IMG/VR virus record: IMGVR_UViG_3300042482_000702
Location: 258,478 to 322,477 of that record
DNA: 64,000 nucleotides
Reading direction: 5' to 3' (one strand)
Shown: positions 41,311-51,913 of the stretch, piece by piece
Numbering within the stretch: position 1 is the first letter of the stretch
How the letters are laid out: every line of letters starts with the position of its first letter
The notes under the pieces: model-generated
The model's input: only the letters and a program-made list of their open reading frames with translations
Database searches by the model: none
Told to the model about the DNA's origin: nothing
Made by a program: the position numbers and the translations under genes

Positions 41311-41553
41311 TTACGTTAATGGGTTTGCCTTTCCCCTCGTTAACCCTGATTCCCATTTTTCACCTTTTAATCCTAACATATTTGCTGGACCTCTAGTTAA
41401 ACCTGTTGTCCATTTTGTTACGGTATTAGTTGAACCACCCTCGGAACTAGCACCATCGACAGGAGCTTCTTCTTGTTCCCCAAGTTCTTCATTTGAATTT
41501 GTTGTTGTGTATTCTTTCATTAAAGAAATAATACGGTCAATATCTGTAATCAT
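41311..41553 (-). CDS. Small protein with repeated W(T/E)(T/S)GLTRG.AN motif
   Basis: KWTTGLTRGPAN and KWESGLTRGKAN. Confidence 0.7.
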   Translation of the reverse strand: MITDIDRIISLMKEYTTTNSNEELGEQEEAPVDGASSEGGSTNTVTKWTTGLTRGPANMLGLKGEKWESGLTRGKANPLT

Positions 41554-41558
41554 ATTTG

Positions 41559-41867
41559 TTAAAATAGTTGGGTATTGGGTAATCTTTTAGGGTAAATTAG
41601 GTAATATTCATTTAAAAATGATATTATTTCTTCTTCTTCAAAATCTTCATCAAAAAACTCATCAAAATAATCTTCCTCTTCCTCTTCCTCTTCATAAAAA
41701 TTATCGGACTTATTTTGGGTTAATATATATCCAAATGTTTTAGATTCTTCTAAATCTATTTGGTCTGTTCTAATTTCATCCTCATTATCGGAATGAATTC
41801 TAAATGTAACTTCTAAAGTTTGAGATGTTTCATTTATATAAAATGATTCTAATTCTTTAATTTCCAT
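41559..41867 (-). CDS. Acidic hypothetical protein
   Basis: 102 aa with a poly-Glu tract. Confidence 0.7.
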   Translation of the reverse strand: MEIKELESFYINETSQTLEVTFRIHSDNEDEIRTDQIDLEESKTFGYILTQNKSDNFYEEEEEEEDYFDEFFDEDFEEEEIISFLNEYYLIYPKRLPNTQLF

Positions 41868-41933
41868 TATATTCTATTTTTCATTGTAAAATGCGTCGTG
41901 GAATTCACCTCTTCGCTTATATAGATTTTTTTT

Positions 41934-42311
41934 TTAATTGATTGGTAAATTTGGGGATGTTAAAACATCAATCATTTCTGATAATCTTTCCGATTCTATT
42001 TCACTTTGAAATCCTTTTGTATACCAATTACAATCACCTTTAATACACGATTGTTTTAATTTAAATTGCACGATAATTTTATTACTAGGTTTTAAAACTT
42101 TTAAGACAGCACCATCTTTCTTAAATTCAAAAAAGAAATTTCCCGCTCCTTGTATTTTTTTAACTAATACTTTTCTACCTCCGGTGTTATTGGCATCGGT
42201 GTATCCCCTACTTCTTAATTTTGTTTCCAAATTTGAATTGGATTGTTCATTAATAAGTCGTTTTATAATACTAATTAAATCACTTTCTTTTAATCTAATA
42301 ATTTTTTTCAT
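41934..42311 (-). CDS. Tagged hypothetical protein (MKKIIRLKESDL)
   Basis: N-terminus matches 60122-60544. Confidence 0.75.
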   Translation of the reverse strand: MKKIIRLKESDLISIIKRLINEQSNSNLETKLRSRGYTDANNTGGRKVLVKKIQGAGNFFFEFKKDGAVLKVLKPSNKIIVQFKLKQSCIKGDCNWYTKGFQSEIESERLSEMIDVLTSPNLPIN

Positions 42312-42312
42312 A

Positions 42313-42945
42313 TTAATTATATTTCATAAATCTTTTGAACATATCTAAAGATTCGGTAATGTTTGAAATGATGTCATCTTGTTCACCTTGTTCAAACTCA
42401 TCAACCTCATCTTCAAGACCAAATAAATCCATAATATTTAAATCAAAATCGTCATCACTATCATCAGGATTGGTTAACGCCATTATATCGTCATCATCGT
42501 CAAATAATTCATCGTCTAATTCCTCAAAATCATCATCTTCAAATGTTCCGTGGTCTAAATCATCATCACCATCACCAATCATATCTAATTGTTCCCCTAA
42601 TGAAACATAATGTCCTTCGTCTTCTTCACTTTCAAAGGATTCTTCCGGTTCATATTGAGAACCTGGTGATATATGTCCTTGTTCCTTTGGTTCTTCATCA
42701 GAAAATAATCCAGTACTTTTTCCGTCGGCATGCATTTCGTTAATTTTCATAGTTTTATATGATGAAACTTCGCCTTTATTGTTAACGGTAACACCTTCTT
42801 TATCGTTTGCGTAATCTTGCGTATATAAAGGTTGGTTTTTCTCTGGTTGAGCGTAACTAGTTACGTATCCATCATAAATCTCTTTATGTTGGTCAAGGAT
42901 ATTATTTCTTTCCTCGTTGGTCATTTTGAAAAAATATGCATTCAT
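42313..42945 (-). CDS. Highly acidic tagged protein
   Basis: N-terminus MTNEERNNILDQH; C-terminus ITESLDMFKRF; TATTTAT at 42964-42970. Confidence 0.75.
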   Translation of the reverse strand: MNAYFFKMTNEERNNILDQHKEIYDGYVTSYAQPEKNQPLYTQDYANDKEGVTVNNKGEVSSYKTMKINEMHADGKSTGLFSDEEPKEQGHISPGSQYEPEESFESEEDEGHYVSLGEQLDMIGDGDDDLDHGTFEDDDFEELDDELFDDDDDIMALTNPDDSDDDFDLNIMDLFGLEDEVDEFEQGEQDDIISNITESLDMFKRFMKYN

Positions 42946-42976
42946 AATTTTTGGTTTTTATATATAAATATATTGT

Positions 42977-43582
42977 TTAATGTAAGTGTATGTAATTTTC
43001 AAGAACTTTTGATGAATAAACTCTAAGATACTTATTAAGATTTTCTAAAGTATCTTCTATACCTTTAGATTCTAAAACATTAATAACCCCATTTATCATT
43101 TCTGCTTGGGCTTGGTTAGCTAAATCTAAAACTTGGTTAAATGCTTCTTCATTGTGAATATCCTTATATTTAAATTCGTGTTCAATTCGTTCTTTACCCA
43201 TATAAAGATATGGTGCTGCCCCAAACATATTAACAATTGCCGACTTTTTAATTAATATAAGGTATTTGTATAAAAATTTCATATTAAATGATTTAAATAC
43301 ATCCCCATTTTTACCTAATAAAATATCAAAACTTTTGTTAGATGTTTGTTCTTTTATCTTCTTTTTTTCCCCTTGTTTTTTTAATGGTTCAAAACCCCAC
43401 ATATCCTCACCACCTATTAACATTAACGTACTACCATTATCCCAATTAACACTATAATGGTCTTCACCAAATATGTGTTGGGCTTTGGTGACCGTTCCAT
43501 AAGTATTTACCGGTATTGAATATTCGTTGGGCATATAGTAGAGACACACTCTATCACCGACTTTTAATCTAGGGTTTAACAT
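42977..43582 (-). CDS. Hypothetical protein with SH3-like (DUF4314-like) N-terminus
   Basis: Probable start MLNPRLKVGDRV; GTVT..YSVNWDNGSTLML. Confidence 0.65.
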   Translation of the reverse strand: MLNPRLKVGDRVCLYYMPNEYSIPVNTYGTVTKAQHIFGEDHYSVNWDNGSTLMLIGGEDMWGFEPLKKQGEKKKIKEQTSNKSFDILLGKNGDVFKSFNMKFLYKYLILIKKSAIVNMFGAAPYLYMGKERIEHEFKYKDIHNEEAFNQVLDLANQAQAEMINGVINVLESKGIEDTLENLNKYLRVYSSKVLENYIHLH

Positions 43583-43634
43583 ATTTTTATTGATTCTATT
43601 TAACAATAAATATAATTAAAGTATTTATTATCAT

Positions 43635-44264
43635 ATGAAAAGGTTATTAATAATTAACGAGCAACAAAAAAAATTGATTTTAACTGAATCAATTATCAAT
43701 GAATTTACAAAATCAATAGAAGAAGGGTATGACTATACCTCTAAAGTATTGAAAGAAGTGAATGAAAATTATAAATTAAATTTTGAGTTTCTTATAACCT
43801 GGGGAGCTAGTATTGGAGGTTTTATCTCTCCAATAAGTGAATTTTTGCAAGGTAGATTCCCTGAAATTTCTGATTTAGATTTGAGTTTAATTTTAACGGG
43901 TATTATTGCGGTTAATTATATTGATAATAGAAAAAGTGTAGAAAAAGTACTTAAACTAATTAGAGAGGAGGGATTATCCGATATTTTTAAAGTTGGGTTA
44001 GATAAATCAATTGAGTTGAAAGAGGTTATGTTTAAATTTTTAGAGAGTTTGAATATAACATTATTTAAAATCACAAAAATGATGTCTTATGCTTTTATCA
44101 TACCTATTTTAGTTATGTTATATACAATGGTGATAAATAAACAAATTAATGAGTCTGATGCTAAAGAAATAACTTTAAGAATTTTAGGTAGTGGATTAGT
44201 TAATGTTGGTGGAATTATGATAAAAGATTTAATTAGTAAATTAATTGCTCGTTTTAAAGGTTAA
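43635..44264 (+). CDS. Tagged membrane protein
   Basis: MKRLLIINEQQ N-terminus; hydrophobic helices; TATTTAT at 43622-43628. Confidence 0.72.
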   Translation: MKRLLIINEQQKKLILTESIINEFTKSIEEGYDYTSKVLKEVNENYKLNFEFLITWGASIGGFISPISEFLQGRFPEISDLDLSLILTGIIAVNYIDNRKSVEKVLKLIREEGLSDIFKVGLDKSIELKEVMFKFLESLNITLFKITKMMSYAFIIPILVMLYTMVINKQINESDAKEITLRILGSGLVNVGGIMIKDLISKLIARFKG

Positions 44265-45028
44265 AATTCTCCATTAATAAAATCACACATTTTACCACTA
44301 AAAGTGCTCTGACTAACGTAATTATAACTATCAATCGGAATATCATTTATAGTTCCCATGTTAACATATGTGTGAGTCCAAATTTCACAATCCATTAATT
44401 TCATATATTCATTTGTTTCATCCCAAATAGCTTCATCCAGACTTTGTTTAATAGTATCCATTTCCACAATATATCCGGTTATCATCCCAAGTATTTCTTC
44501 GTTTGTTATATTAATTAACACACCATCCAACGCAATTCCGATGCAATCCAGTGTGATATTACTAACAATACCATCATCAATGTACATATCGGAACCATAA
44601 TATCTTAAATATAATTTTAATATTCTTTTTTGATTTCCACAATAAAAATATGTTTCAACAGATTTTACAGTGTTAGCTTTAAACAATTCGTGAGCTTTAT
44701 CTTCAAACCATTTCGGAATATAACCCCCATATCTTTCAATTTTTTTAACACCCAAATATGTATCATTATGATTTCCTTTAACTTTCCCAAAATCAATACC
44801 GATAAATTCACAAGCACTTTCTATTATATGGTTTGATTTACAATGAAAATAATCCCATAACCACGGAATGTCTTTTTGCTCATAATTTATATATAAATCA
44901 TAATCAAATATTAATTTATCATCATTAATTCTTGATTCTTTAATATCAAAATTAAATTTGAAACTATCTACCTTGTTGGTACTTCTAGTTAGATACATTT
45001 TTAATGCGGTTGCGTCTGATTGGGTCAT
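44261..45028 (-). CDS. Hypothetical protein
   Basis: 255-aa ORF. Confidence 0.7.
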   Translation of the reverse strand: MTQSDATALKMYLTRSTNKVDSFKFNFDIKESRINDDKLIFDYDLYINYEQKDIPWLWDYFHCKSNHIIESACEFIGIDFGKVKGNHNDTYLGVKKIERYGGYIPKWFEDKAHELFKANTVKSVETYFYCGNQKRILKLYLRYYGSDMYIDDGIVSNITLDCIGIALDGVLINITNEEILGMITGYIVEMDTIKQSLDEAIWDETNEYMKLMDCEIWTHTYVNMGTINDIPIDSYNYVSQSTFSGKMCDFINGEF

Positions 45029-45981
45029 TACTTATTTAATAATGTGTTTATTACGATTTTCACTTCTTCATCGTTTAAATTGTGAATTTCTTTATGAGTG
45101 TCGAACCAATCTTGAATAACCTGTTTATATGGTAATTTTCTTAATTTAGCGACTCTTCTAAATCCGACTCTTTGAGATTTAATTTCTTGGGGTTGTAGAT
45201 AATATTCGATACCTTTTGGTGGTTCATTATAAACATGCTCACCTTTAAAATATTGGTGTAAATGTTCTAATTCGTGAGCAATAATATCATTTAATTCTCC
45301 AATAATATTGTAGAAATTTTTCTTTAATGTTTTAGGATTAAACCTAATTAATAATTCTATAACATCATTTTCAGCATGGTTAGCATTTGTCTCATAACCC
45401 TCCAATTCATTATCTATTTTAAGTGTTAAATCCACCGTATAACTAAAAGGTAAATTTGTAAACATATATTCGTCATCATTATTTGGTAAACGAAATTCAC
45501 CAGATTTACCATCCTTTAATTTATACACCACATCCTTAACCGTTGTTCTAACTGCCACCCGACTCATTCTTGATTCAGTAATATTTTCAGATTTAGGTAA
45601 ATCAAAACTAAGATTATTAATTGTTATTCTAACATAATCATTATCAAAAAATCTTAAATAACTTGCAATTGCCTGATTTAACCCATTATAAAAAGGGTAT
45701 AGTTGAGTTTTAAACATTTTTTCAAAATCAAAATGCTTGTTATTTTCATCAAACCCAAACACTAATCTAGATAATGGGTCATTAAGACCGGTAATTGTCA
45801 CATCAATTAATAAATAATCATAATATTCACCAACGCTTATCATTTGTTTAACACCGGTTATTTTAAATCTATATTCTATATTTATAATAGTTGTTGCCCC
45901 AGGAATTAATTCACCACTGTATTTAAAGGTTTTATCCCCTACCAACTCATTAATTTTTTCTATTAAATTTTGACTTATCAT
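45028..45981 (-). CDS. Protein with C-terminal HExxH zinc-metallopeptidase motif
   Basis: IIAHELEHLHQ..YYLQPQEIKS; TATTTAT at 45986-45992. Confidence 0.7.
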   Translation of the reverse strand: MISQNLIEKINELVGDKTFKYSGELIPGATTIINIEYRFKITGVKQMISVGEYYDYLLIDVTITGLNDPLSRLVFGFDENNKHFDFEKMFKTQLYPFYNGLNQAIASYLRFFDNDYVRITINNLSFDLPKSENITESRMSRVAVRTTVKDVVYKLKDGKSGEFRLPNNDDEYMFTNLPFSYTVDLTLKIDNELEGYETNANHAENDVIELLIRFNPKTLKKNFYNIIGELNDIIAHELEHLHQYFKGEHVYNEPPKGIEYYLQPQEIKSQRVGFRRVAKLRKLPYKQVIQDWFDTHKEIHNLNDEEVKIVINTLLNK

Positions 45982-46040
45982 ACCTATAAATACTTTTATT
46001 ATTAATTAATTTAGTTATATTGATAATAAAATAGATTATT

Positions 46041-46199
46041 ATGTCACATTATAAAGAATTACTTAATTGGATTGAGTCAGAGCAGGAGAAATTTCCGGAT
46101 GAAGATATTCAAAATGCTGAAATGGTTGCGTACGCAACTTTAGAATTAGTTAAAAGAAAAATAATGGAATTGGAAGAAAACAATGAAAATCATAAATAA
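46041..46199 (+). CDS. Small helical protein (not in ORF track)
   Basis: MSHYKELLNWIESEQEKFPDEDIQNAEMVAYATLELVKRKIMELEENNENHK*. Confidence 0.55.
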   Translation: MSHYKELLNWIESEQEKFPDEDIQNAEMVAYATLELVKRKIMELEENNENHK

Positions 46200-46241
46200 T
46201 TACATTTATGACGATATTTATAATATAAAATTAATTCAGTT

Positions 46242-46754
46242 ATGAAAAAAATAGTTATAAACGAAAAAGAACTTCGTAAATCAATTAGACAACACCTATT
46301 GGAGCAATCACAGGTAGACGCTAAAGACAATAGAGAAGAAAAACAAAGATGTGTTGCCGGTAATGTTATTCCGTTAGACACAATGATTGGCCCATCCAAA
46401 AATTTTAACAATTATACTTCTACCGTTCTTAAAAGAGATGGTGGTATTCACGGAATGGTTGATACTTTAGATATGTTAAAAACATTAAGATTACACCAAG
46501 GAATCGAAGATTCTGGAGAACATTTATCGTACAATCTAATGAACCATTTAAATACTTTTAGAAATAAAAATTATTTTGACGAAACAAACAGTGAATGTCA
46601 AAAAGCTATGGATAAAGTTATTGAATTGTATAAAGAAAATGACCACGGTGAAGACCTTGTTAAAGACATTGAAAAGGTGTTAAGACATCCTGACCCTTCA
46701 CCTAGAGCTAAAGAATACCTTAAAAGATGTTTAATCTTAGTTAAGGAAAAATAA
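46242..46754 (+). CDS. Tagged hypothetical protein
   Basis: MKKIVINEKEL..LLEQ N-terminus; TATTTAT at 46215-46221. Confidence 0.75.
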   Translation: MKKIVINEKELRKSIRQHLLEQSQVDAKDNREEKQRCVAGNVIPLDTMIGPSKNFNNYTSTVLKRDGGIHGMVDTLDMLKTLRLHQGIEDSGEHLSYNLMNHLNTFRNKNYFDETNSECQKAMDKVIELYKENDHGEDLVKDIEKVLRHPDPSPRAKEYLKRCLILVKEK

Positions 46755-46869
46755 ACCTCATTTAATTGGGGACATTTAGGACCGTTATCAGTGATGGTAA
46801 CAAAATAAAGGGGAAGTTCGCTACTATCCCCTTTTTTATTTTTTGTGATATTTATGAATAAAAAGTATC

Positions 46870-47505
46870 ATGAAAAAACACATAATCACCGAACAAGAAA
46901 AAAATAGAATACTTAAATTACATTTAAGTGAAAAAAATATTAACGAGGATTTAACATCTTATTACGGTGGAGATGAATTTAAAAAAATGTTAGATAAAAT
47001 GAGTGAACCGAGTCCAATGTTTGACTACACCTCTGAAACTTCTTTATCTCCAAAAAAGTTTAATGAATTTTATGATAAAATAGAGGGAAAATTATTTGCA
47101 TCATTTGGGGGTTTAGGTAAATATGTTGAATTTATTAGGGATTATCCCGCGTCACCTGAAATGAATTTAATTTTAAAAAAACATCCCGTGATTGATACGT
47201 TTTCATCTTATGATGACTATAAAAATTCGCCATATTATGAAATGTCAGAAATTTTTTTTAAACCTAATAGGTATCATACTGAAAACGATAAACGCAGGTC
47301 TTTTGACCATTTTATAGATAAATTTGGAGACCTTATAATTAAAAAAGGGGGCGACTTTAATAAAGAAAATGTTAAAACATATAGAGATAAAACAGAAAAA
47401 ATGTCACCTGAAGATAAAACCCGAGAATACACAGTAGGTATTAACAAAGTTCATCAAAATTTTGATGATGAAGGAAATGTTATCAGTAGAAAAAACATTA
47501 ATTAA
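46870..47505 (+). CDS. Tagged hypothetical protein
   Basis: MKKHIITEQEKNRILKLH N-terminus; TATTTAT at 46849-46855. Confidence 0.75.
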   Translation: MKKHIITEQEKNRILKLHLSEKNINEDLTSYYGGDEFKKMLDKMSEPSPMFDYTSETSLSPKKFNEFYDKIEGKLFASFGGLGKYVEFIRDYPASPEMNLILKKHPVIDTFSSYDDYKNSPYYEMSEIFFKPNRYHTENDKRRSFDHFIDKFGDLIIKKGGDFNKENVKTYRDKTEKMSPEDKTREYTVGINKVHQNFDDEGNVISRKNIN

Positions 47506-47513
47506 GTAGTATT

Positions 47514-47801
47514 ATGAAAAATAAAAAGTATTTTTTTGGGTGGGGAAACATTAGATGGTTCATTACTGAAATTGGAAAACAATACAGTAATTCAAAATCT
47601 TATTTTTCTAAAAAACGGGTTGAGTCCGGAATCGCATTTGGCGTGGGACAATTAGGTATGATATTTTTTTTAATTAAAAAATATGAAACATTAACAATGT
47701 CAGATGTCCTTATGTGGGCGGCGGTAGAATTCGCAATTGCCGGGTATATCGTAAATCAAATTCAAAAAGAAAAAAAGGAAGAAGAAGAAATTGTAGAATA
47801 A
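47514..47801 (+). CDS. Small two-TM membrane protein
   Basis: Two hydrophobic helices and a charged C-terminal tail. Confidence 0.7.
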   Translation: MKNKKYFFGWGNIRWFITEIGKQYSNSKSYFSKKRVESGIAFGVGQLGMIFFLIKKYETLTMSDVLMWAAVEFAIAGYIVNQIQKEKKEEEEIVE

Positions 47802-47828
47802 CAAATAACCCCCAATTAAGGGGGTTTT

Positions 47829-48482
47829 TTATTTATTGTTTTTAATCCTATTTTTCAACTCTCGTAATGCCGATATGGCTAATTCAGTATTATCAATATT
47901 ACCATCTGGAGTCACTCTTATTGAGTCAACATCAGTAATACTAATGGGTGTTCCATCCGAAACCGGAACATCTTTAAATTTAGACACTCGTATTAAACTT
48001 TTTTTCTTATCTCGAATTTTAAGATTATCTAACATTACTTCAGGACAACCGTTGTTTTCAACTGAACCTTTTACCGTTGGGCATTTATCGTCTTTATCTA
48101 AAACTCTGTCTCCATCAGTGTCGGGCCATGATATTGAGTAAGGTTTGGAATTTCTTATTATCTTTTCTAACTCATCAATTTGAGCAATTATTTCTTTTTC
48201 TCTCTCTATTCTTTTATTCGTACACTGTGATTGTCCATTAATCACTTCTTGGGTTAAATTACCGATTTTAAAGGACAAAGTATCCAATTGAGTATTCAGA
48301 GTTATTATTTCTTTTTTTTGTCTCTTAACGACTAAAATCAGTTGTGATGGGTCTGGTTTTAAAACCTCAATTATATCCGAACCAAATGTTATAAAAAAGG
48401 TTGATACACATAGAATAGTCAAAACCCAAAGTCGTTGAGTGATTGAGAATAGCGAGATAATATCTTTAAAATACTGCATCAT
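47829..48482 (-). CDS. TM + coiled-coil protein with a TSP3-like Ca-binding repeat
   Basis: [28 protein letters not shown]; TATTTAT at 48487-48493. Confidence 0.7.
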   Translation of the reverse strand: MMQYFKDIISLFSITQRLWVLTILCVSTFFITFGSDIIEVLKPDPSQLILVVKRQKKEIITLNTQLDTLSFKIGNLTQEVINGQSQCTNKRIEREKEIIAQIDELEKIIRNSKPYSISWPDTDGDRVLDKDDKCPTVKGSVENNGCPEVMLDNLKIRDKKKSLIRVSKFKDVPVSDGTPISITDVDSIRVTPDGNIDNTELAISALRELKNRIKNNK

Positions 48483-48493
48483 ATTAATAAATA

Positions 48494-49087
48494 TCAGTCA
48501 TTCAGATATTCTAATAGTTTTTCTTTAACTCCGGATTGTTTGATTCCCTCATTTTCTCTTGGCGTATGAACAAAATTGGATAAACCCCATTTTCTATCAA
48601 ACCCGTAAGAATCTTTTTCACCTAACTCTAAATCGTCGATACAAGCCCAATGTGTGATATCGGGATGGTCGGTTAGATATTGTCTAACTTCTATACATCT
48701 TTGTTGTTCATACATTGTACTTCGTTTCCATTCAAATTCATCTGGTTTATCACAACCGATGTATCGTTTGGTAAATGCGATTGGGGCTTTTAAGATTCCT
48801 TTTGATAGGTAGTATTCTCCGATTTCTTCTAATGTTGCGTGTAATCTCCAATCAGATGAAACAACAAGTTCTGCTCCGGTTTCTTCTAATACTTGATTTA
48901 ACACCTTAACCGCCTTCTTATCAAAATCATCAAATCGTACCTCAACTGGAGCCATTGTGTCGCTGGTAGCTTCAGGATTAAGTTTTTTATACTTCCTCCA
49001 TTTTTTCATGCGACCACCCCAATTATTGGAGAGACAGATAACACCATCGTTATCTAAAAATAGTACCGCTTTTTTATTTGTTTCCAT
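48494..49087 (-). CDS. HAD phosphatase, Swiss-Army-Knife RNA-repair type (HAD_SAK_2-like)
   Basis: [23 protein letters not shown]. Confidence 0.78.
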   Translation of the reverse strand: METNKKAVLFLDNDGVICLSNNWGGRMKKWRKYKKLNPEATSDTMAPVEVRFDDFDKKAVKVLNQVLEETGAELVVSSDWRLHATLEEIGEYYLSKGILKAPIAFTKRYIGCDKPDEFEWKRSTMYEQQRCIEVRQYLTDHPDITHWACIDDLELGEKDSYGFDRKWGLSNFVHTPRENEGIKQSGVKEKLLEYLND

Positions 49088-49460
49088 TTATATCTCTTTC
49101 CCAAATGTATTTTTTATACTCACCTATTATTCTAATTTCATAAGGAACTCTTAAAACTGCTATTCCTACATTTGAAAAATGATTAACAAAATCCTCCATT
49201 CCTTCAGGAGACAAAGATAGTGAACTTCTTCTACGTATCATCAACCATTCTAATTTATATTCTTCAATATATAGATATTTTCGTCTTTCTATTAAATCCC
49301 ACAATAACTCGGGTGTTAAAAGACCTATTTTCTCTAATGTTATAATCGCATTATGAATTGACCTATTCAAGGATTTTATATTTATAATTTTTCCTTTTGC
49401 TCGTTTATAACTCAATTTCTTTATTGAGTCAAAACTTCTTACTTTAACAATTCCTTTCAT
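49074..49460 (-). CDS. Hypothetical protein
   Basis: 128-aa ORF in the operon. Confidence 0.6.
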   Translation of the reverse strand: MKGIVKVRSFDSIKKLSYKRAKGKIINIKSLNRSIHNAIITLEKIGLLTPELLWDLIERRKYLYIEEYKLEWLMIRRRSSLSLSPEGMEDFVNHFSNVGIAVLRVPYEIRIIGEYKKYIWERDINGNK

Positions 49461-49744
49461 TCTTCATTAAATTTACTTATTTCGTCCCAAATTTCTTGTG
49501 ATGTTGAAACTTCACCCATTTCCATAGTAAAACTCTTTAAACCTCTTCTATAATCATTACTAAACCATTTACCCTCACCATTTAATCTGACATAGGTTCT
49601 GAAACTATTTAAGTTCCAATGTGGTTTAATTTCACTATTTGGGTTATGAGCGCAATCACCATACCAAACATCAATACATCCCTCAACACAAGGAACTCTA
49701 GTGAATTTAACCCACCCTTCTTCTATTCTTTCCGGTGTTATCAT
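49457..49744 (-). CDS. Hypothetical protein
   Basis: 95-aa ORF with ATGA overlaps. Confidence 0.65.
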   Translation of the reverse strand: MITPERIEEGWVKFTRVPCVEGCIDVWYGDCAHNPNSEIKPHWNLNSFRTYVRLNGEGKWFSNDYRRGLKSFTMEMGEVSTSQEIWDEISKFNEE

Positions 49745-50166
49745 AATTGAATAGGTTTAGCTAATTTCCAATAATCAATTGACCTAAATTCCTCATCAGT
49801 ATCTACACAGGTTTTTATACTATTTGATGTTACAAAAGTCCCTTTTGATATTGCAATTACATTTCTTCTTTTCCAATTTATACCATCCATACTAACCATC
49901 ATTGGTATATTAACTAATTCAGGTAGTGTTTCTTTTTTTGATATAGGCATCGGCACTTCAAGTATACCCAATTCTTGAATGGGTTCTCTCTCCATAAAAT
50001 ACATAAATTCAAGACATTTATAAACACTAACATTTTTTTCATAACAATCAAAAATATGATAGATGTAGTTTTTAAAATCCTCATCAGTGTATTTGGAATT
50101 GAGTTCAGTTCGTCTATCTTTTAATCTCTGTAAGTATTCTTCAAATGTTTCTTTTTCCATTTCCAT
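49741..50166 (-). CDS. Hypothetical protein sharing a domain with 51910-52491
   Basis: ETFEEYLQRLKDRRTE..KYTDEDF..SVYKCLEFMYF. Confidence 0.7.
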   Translation of the reverse strand: MEMEKETFEEYLQRLKDRRTELNSKYTDEDFKNYIYHIFDCYEKNVSVYKCLEFMYFMEREPIQELGILEVPMPISKKETLPELVNIPMMVSMDGINWKRRNVIAISKGTFVTSNSIKTCVDTDEEFRSIDYWKLAKPIQL

Positions 50167-50170
50167 ATTA

Positions 50171-50323
50171 TTAATTATCCTCCTCCCATTCGTCTTCTTC
50201 TTCCTCTTTAAGTTCGTTCGCCTTAATTATTTTTTCCTCCTTTAAATTATAAAGGACATCACCCAAACTATCCTGTGATAGGATATAGTTTTTAATTTCA
50301 TCTATTGTAAATGTTCTGCTCAT
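50171..50323 (-). CDS. Small acidic protein (not in ORF track)
   Basis: MSRTFTIDEIKNYILSQDSLGDVLYNLKEEKIIKANELKEEEEDEWEEDN*. Confidence 0.6.
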   Translation of the reverse strand: MSRTFTIDEIKNYILSQDSLGDVLYNLKEEKIIKANELKEEEEDEWEEDN

Positions 50324-50376
50324 AATGTATGTTATTTAAATCATTATATCGGTTTAGTGTCCGGAATAACGGACAT

Positions 50377-50634
50377 TTATATGTATGTATTAACTTTATA
50401 CGCCTCATAATTATAGAGGTTTGATGAATAATGGGGATACTTGGGGTCGACCAAATAATTAATAATATTACCCGTCTTCAGATTCTTACTTTCCCAAATG
50501 TATTGACCGGTTTCATTTAATTTTGGTAAAGTCATTACCTCACATTTAATTCCAACACCCAATTCATATTCATAATGAATATCACCAATTTTAATCTCCT
50601 CAACAATTACGTCTCCTTTTGTGTATGTCTTCAT
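50377..50634 (-). CDS. Hypothetical protein
   Basis: 85-aa ORF. Confidence 0.65.
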   Translation of the reverse strand: MKTYTKGDVIVEEIKIGDIHYEYELGVGIKCEVMTLPKLNETGQYIWESKNLKTGNIINYLVDPKYPHYSSNLYNYEAYKVNTYI

Positions 50635-50637
50635 ATA

Positions 50638-51129
50638 TTACGAGTTTAATATTCTTATTGCTTTATTTGTACATTCGTTTGTTAATCCATATCCGATATC
50701 TATTGAGTCGGGATGATTGATATTATTTGCTGTCCTAACAAAATTTCCTCGTTGATGAGTTAAAAAATCGTTATCATCATCCAATATAACATAATTGGTA
50801 ACATTTGGGTTCTCATCCAACCATTGTTCTACTTCGTGACCTCTTTCAACATTGTCGTAAAATTCTGCTCTACCCTCATCAACAATCTGAACACAATCAA
50901 CTGTTACATCAATTAATTCACCAGGAAGATTTCGGTCAATCCACATTTGTTTCATTCTTTCAAGTCCTGCAAATCTCCAAGTTGAGCTCATCACGATTTT
51001 GGCTCCCGTTTCATCAACGATTCTTTTAAGATTATCTACGAACTCGGGATGAAATAAACGACCATAATCATCGTGTCCGGGATACCCGACATTTAAAACA
51101 CCATCTATATCTAAAAATATTACTTTCAT
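50638..51129 (-). CDS. HAD phosphatase, Swiss-Army-Knife RNA-repair type (HAD_SAK_2-like), second copy
   Basis: VIFLDIDGVLN, VMSSTWR, YVILDDD. Confidence 0.82.
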   Translation of the reverse strand: MKVIFLDIDGVLNVGYPGHDDYGRLFHPEFVDNLKRIVDETGAKIVMSSTWRFAGLERMKQMWIDRNLPGELIDVTVDCVQIVDEGRAEFYDNVERGHEVEQWLDENPNVTNYVILDDDNDFLTHQRGNFVRTANNINHPDSIDIGYGLTNECTNKAIRILNS

Positions 51130-51275
51130 TGTTTAACTCTTTTAAAATAACATTTTCTTAAAGCTACCGCATCATTTGTCTCAACAGCAACTAATTCCCA
51201 CCCATCATCACCGAGTTTATTTAATTTATCTGTACTAATAATACCCCATTCAATTTTATACTCCCACTTTACCAT
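51126..51275 (-). CDS. DUF4177-like small protein (not in ORF track)
   Basis: MVKWEYKIEWGIISTDKLNKLGDDGWELVAV.. Confidence 0.65.
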   Translation of the reverse strand: MVKWEYKIEWGIISTDKLNKLGDDGWELVAVETNDAVALRKCYFKRVKQ

Positions 51276-51361
51276 AACTTATTTCTTTTTAAATGGTTCA
51301 ATAATAACAAATCTTATAAATAACCCTGCAATTATTCCTAATAGACCAAACATAACTTCTC

Positions 51362-51622
51362 TCATATCTTATTTCTTTTTTCAAATAATTCTTTAGTGGT
51401 GAATGATGTAGCTTCGTCAAAATCAGGTCTATCAAACCACACACCTTTTTGAGAACTTGGATAAAAATTATCCTCACACCAATCAACAAAATTAATACAC
51501 TCTTTTTTTGAATACTCGAGAGCAATTGATTCAAGATGGTCAATTGTTTCTTTCGCCGATAATCCTGAATGGGCAAAAAACCCTAATTGCATTCCTAATC
51601 TATTTCTTAATTTTGAATCCAT
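51362..51622 (-). CDS. Hypothetical protein
   Basis: 86-aa ORF. Confidence 0.65.
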   Translation of the reverse strand: MDSKLRNRLGMQLGFFAHSGLSAKETIDHLESIALEYSKKECINFVDWCEDNFYPSSQKGVWFDRPDFDEATSFTTKELFEKRNKI

Positions 51623-51625
51623 ATC

Positions 51626-51913
51626 TTATTTATTTTTAAATTTTAAATATTGTTCATTATGTTCTTCTTCTAATTTTTCAGGGGCAAACTCTTCCCAATG
51701 CTCCACAATTCTTTGAGCACATACCTTGTGTAATTCTTCCAAAAACGCAACACAAACATTACCTTCTAAAGCGTCAATATATCGATTGGCTTGTTCTTCG
51801 TAATCTGTATATGAACCGGTTTCATTTGATATAATAGCTTCTTCTAATGATTCTTGTATCTGATGAAGAAATATATGAACATATATACGACTTCCTAATT
51901 TAATTGATTTCAT
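51626..51913 (-). CDS. Hypothetical protein
   Basis: 95-aa ORF. Confidence 0.65.
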   Translation of the reverse strand: MKSIKLGSRIYVHIFLHQIQESLEEAIISNETGSYTDYEEQANRYIDALEGNVCVAFLEELHKVCAQRIVEHWEEFAPEKLEEEHNEQYLKFKNK

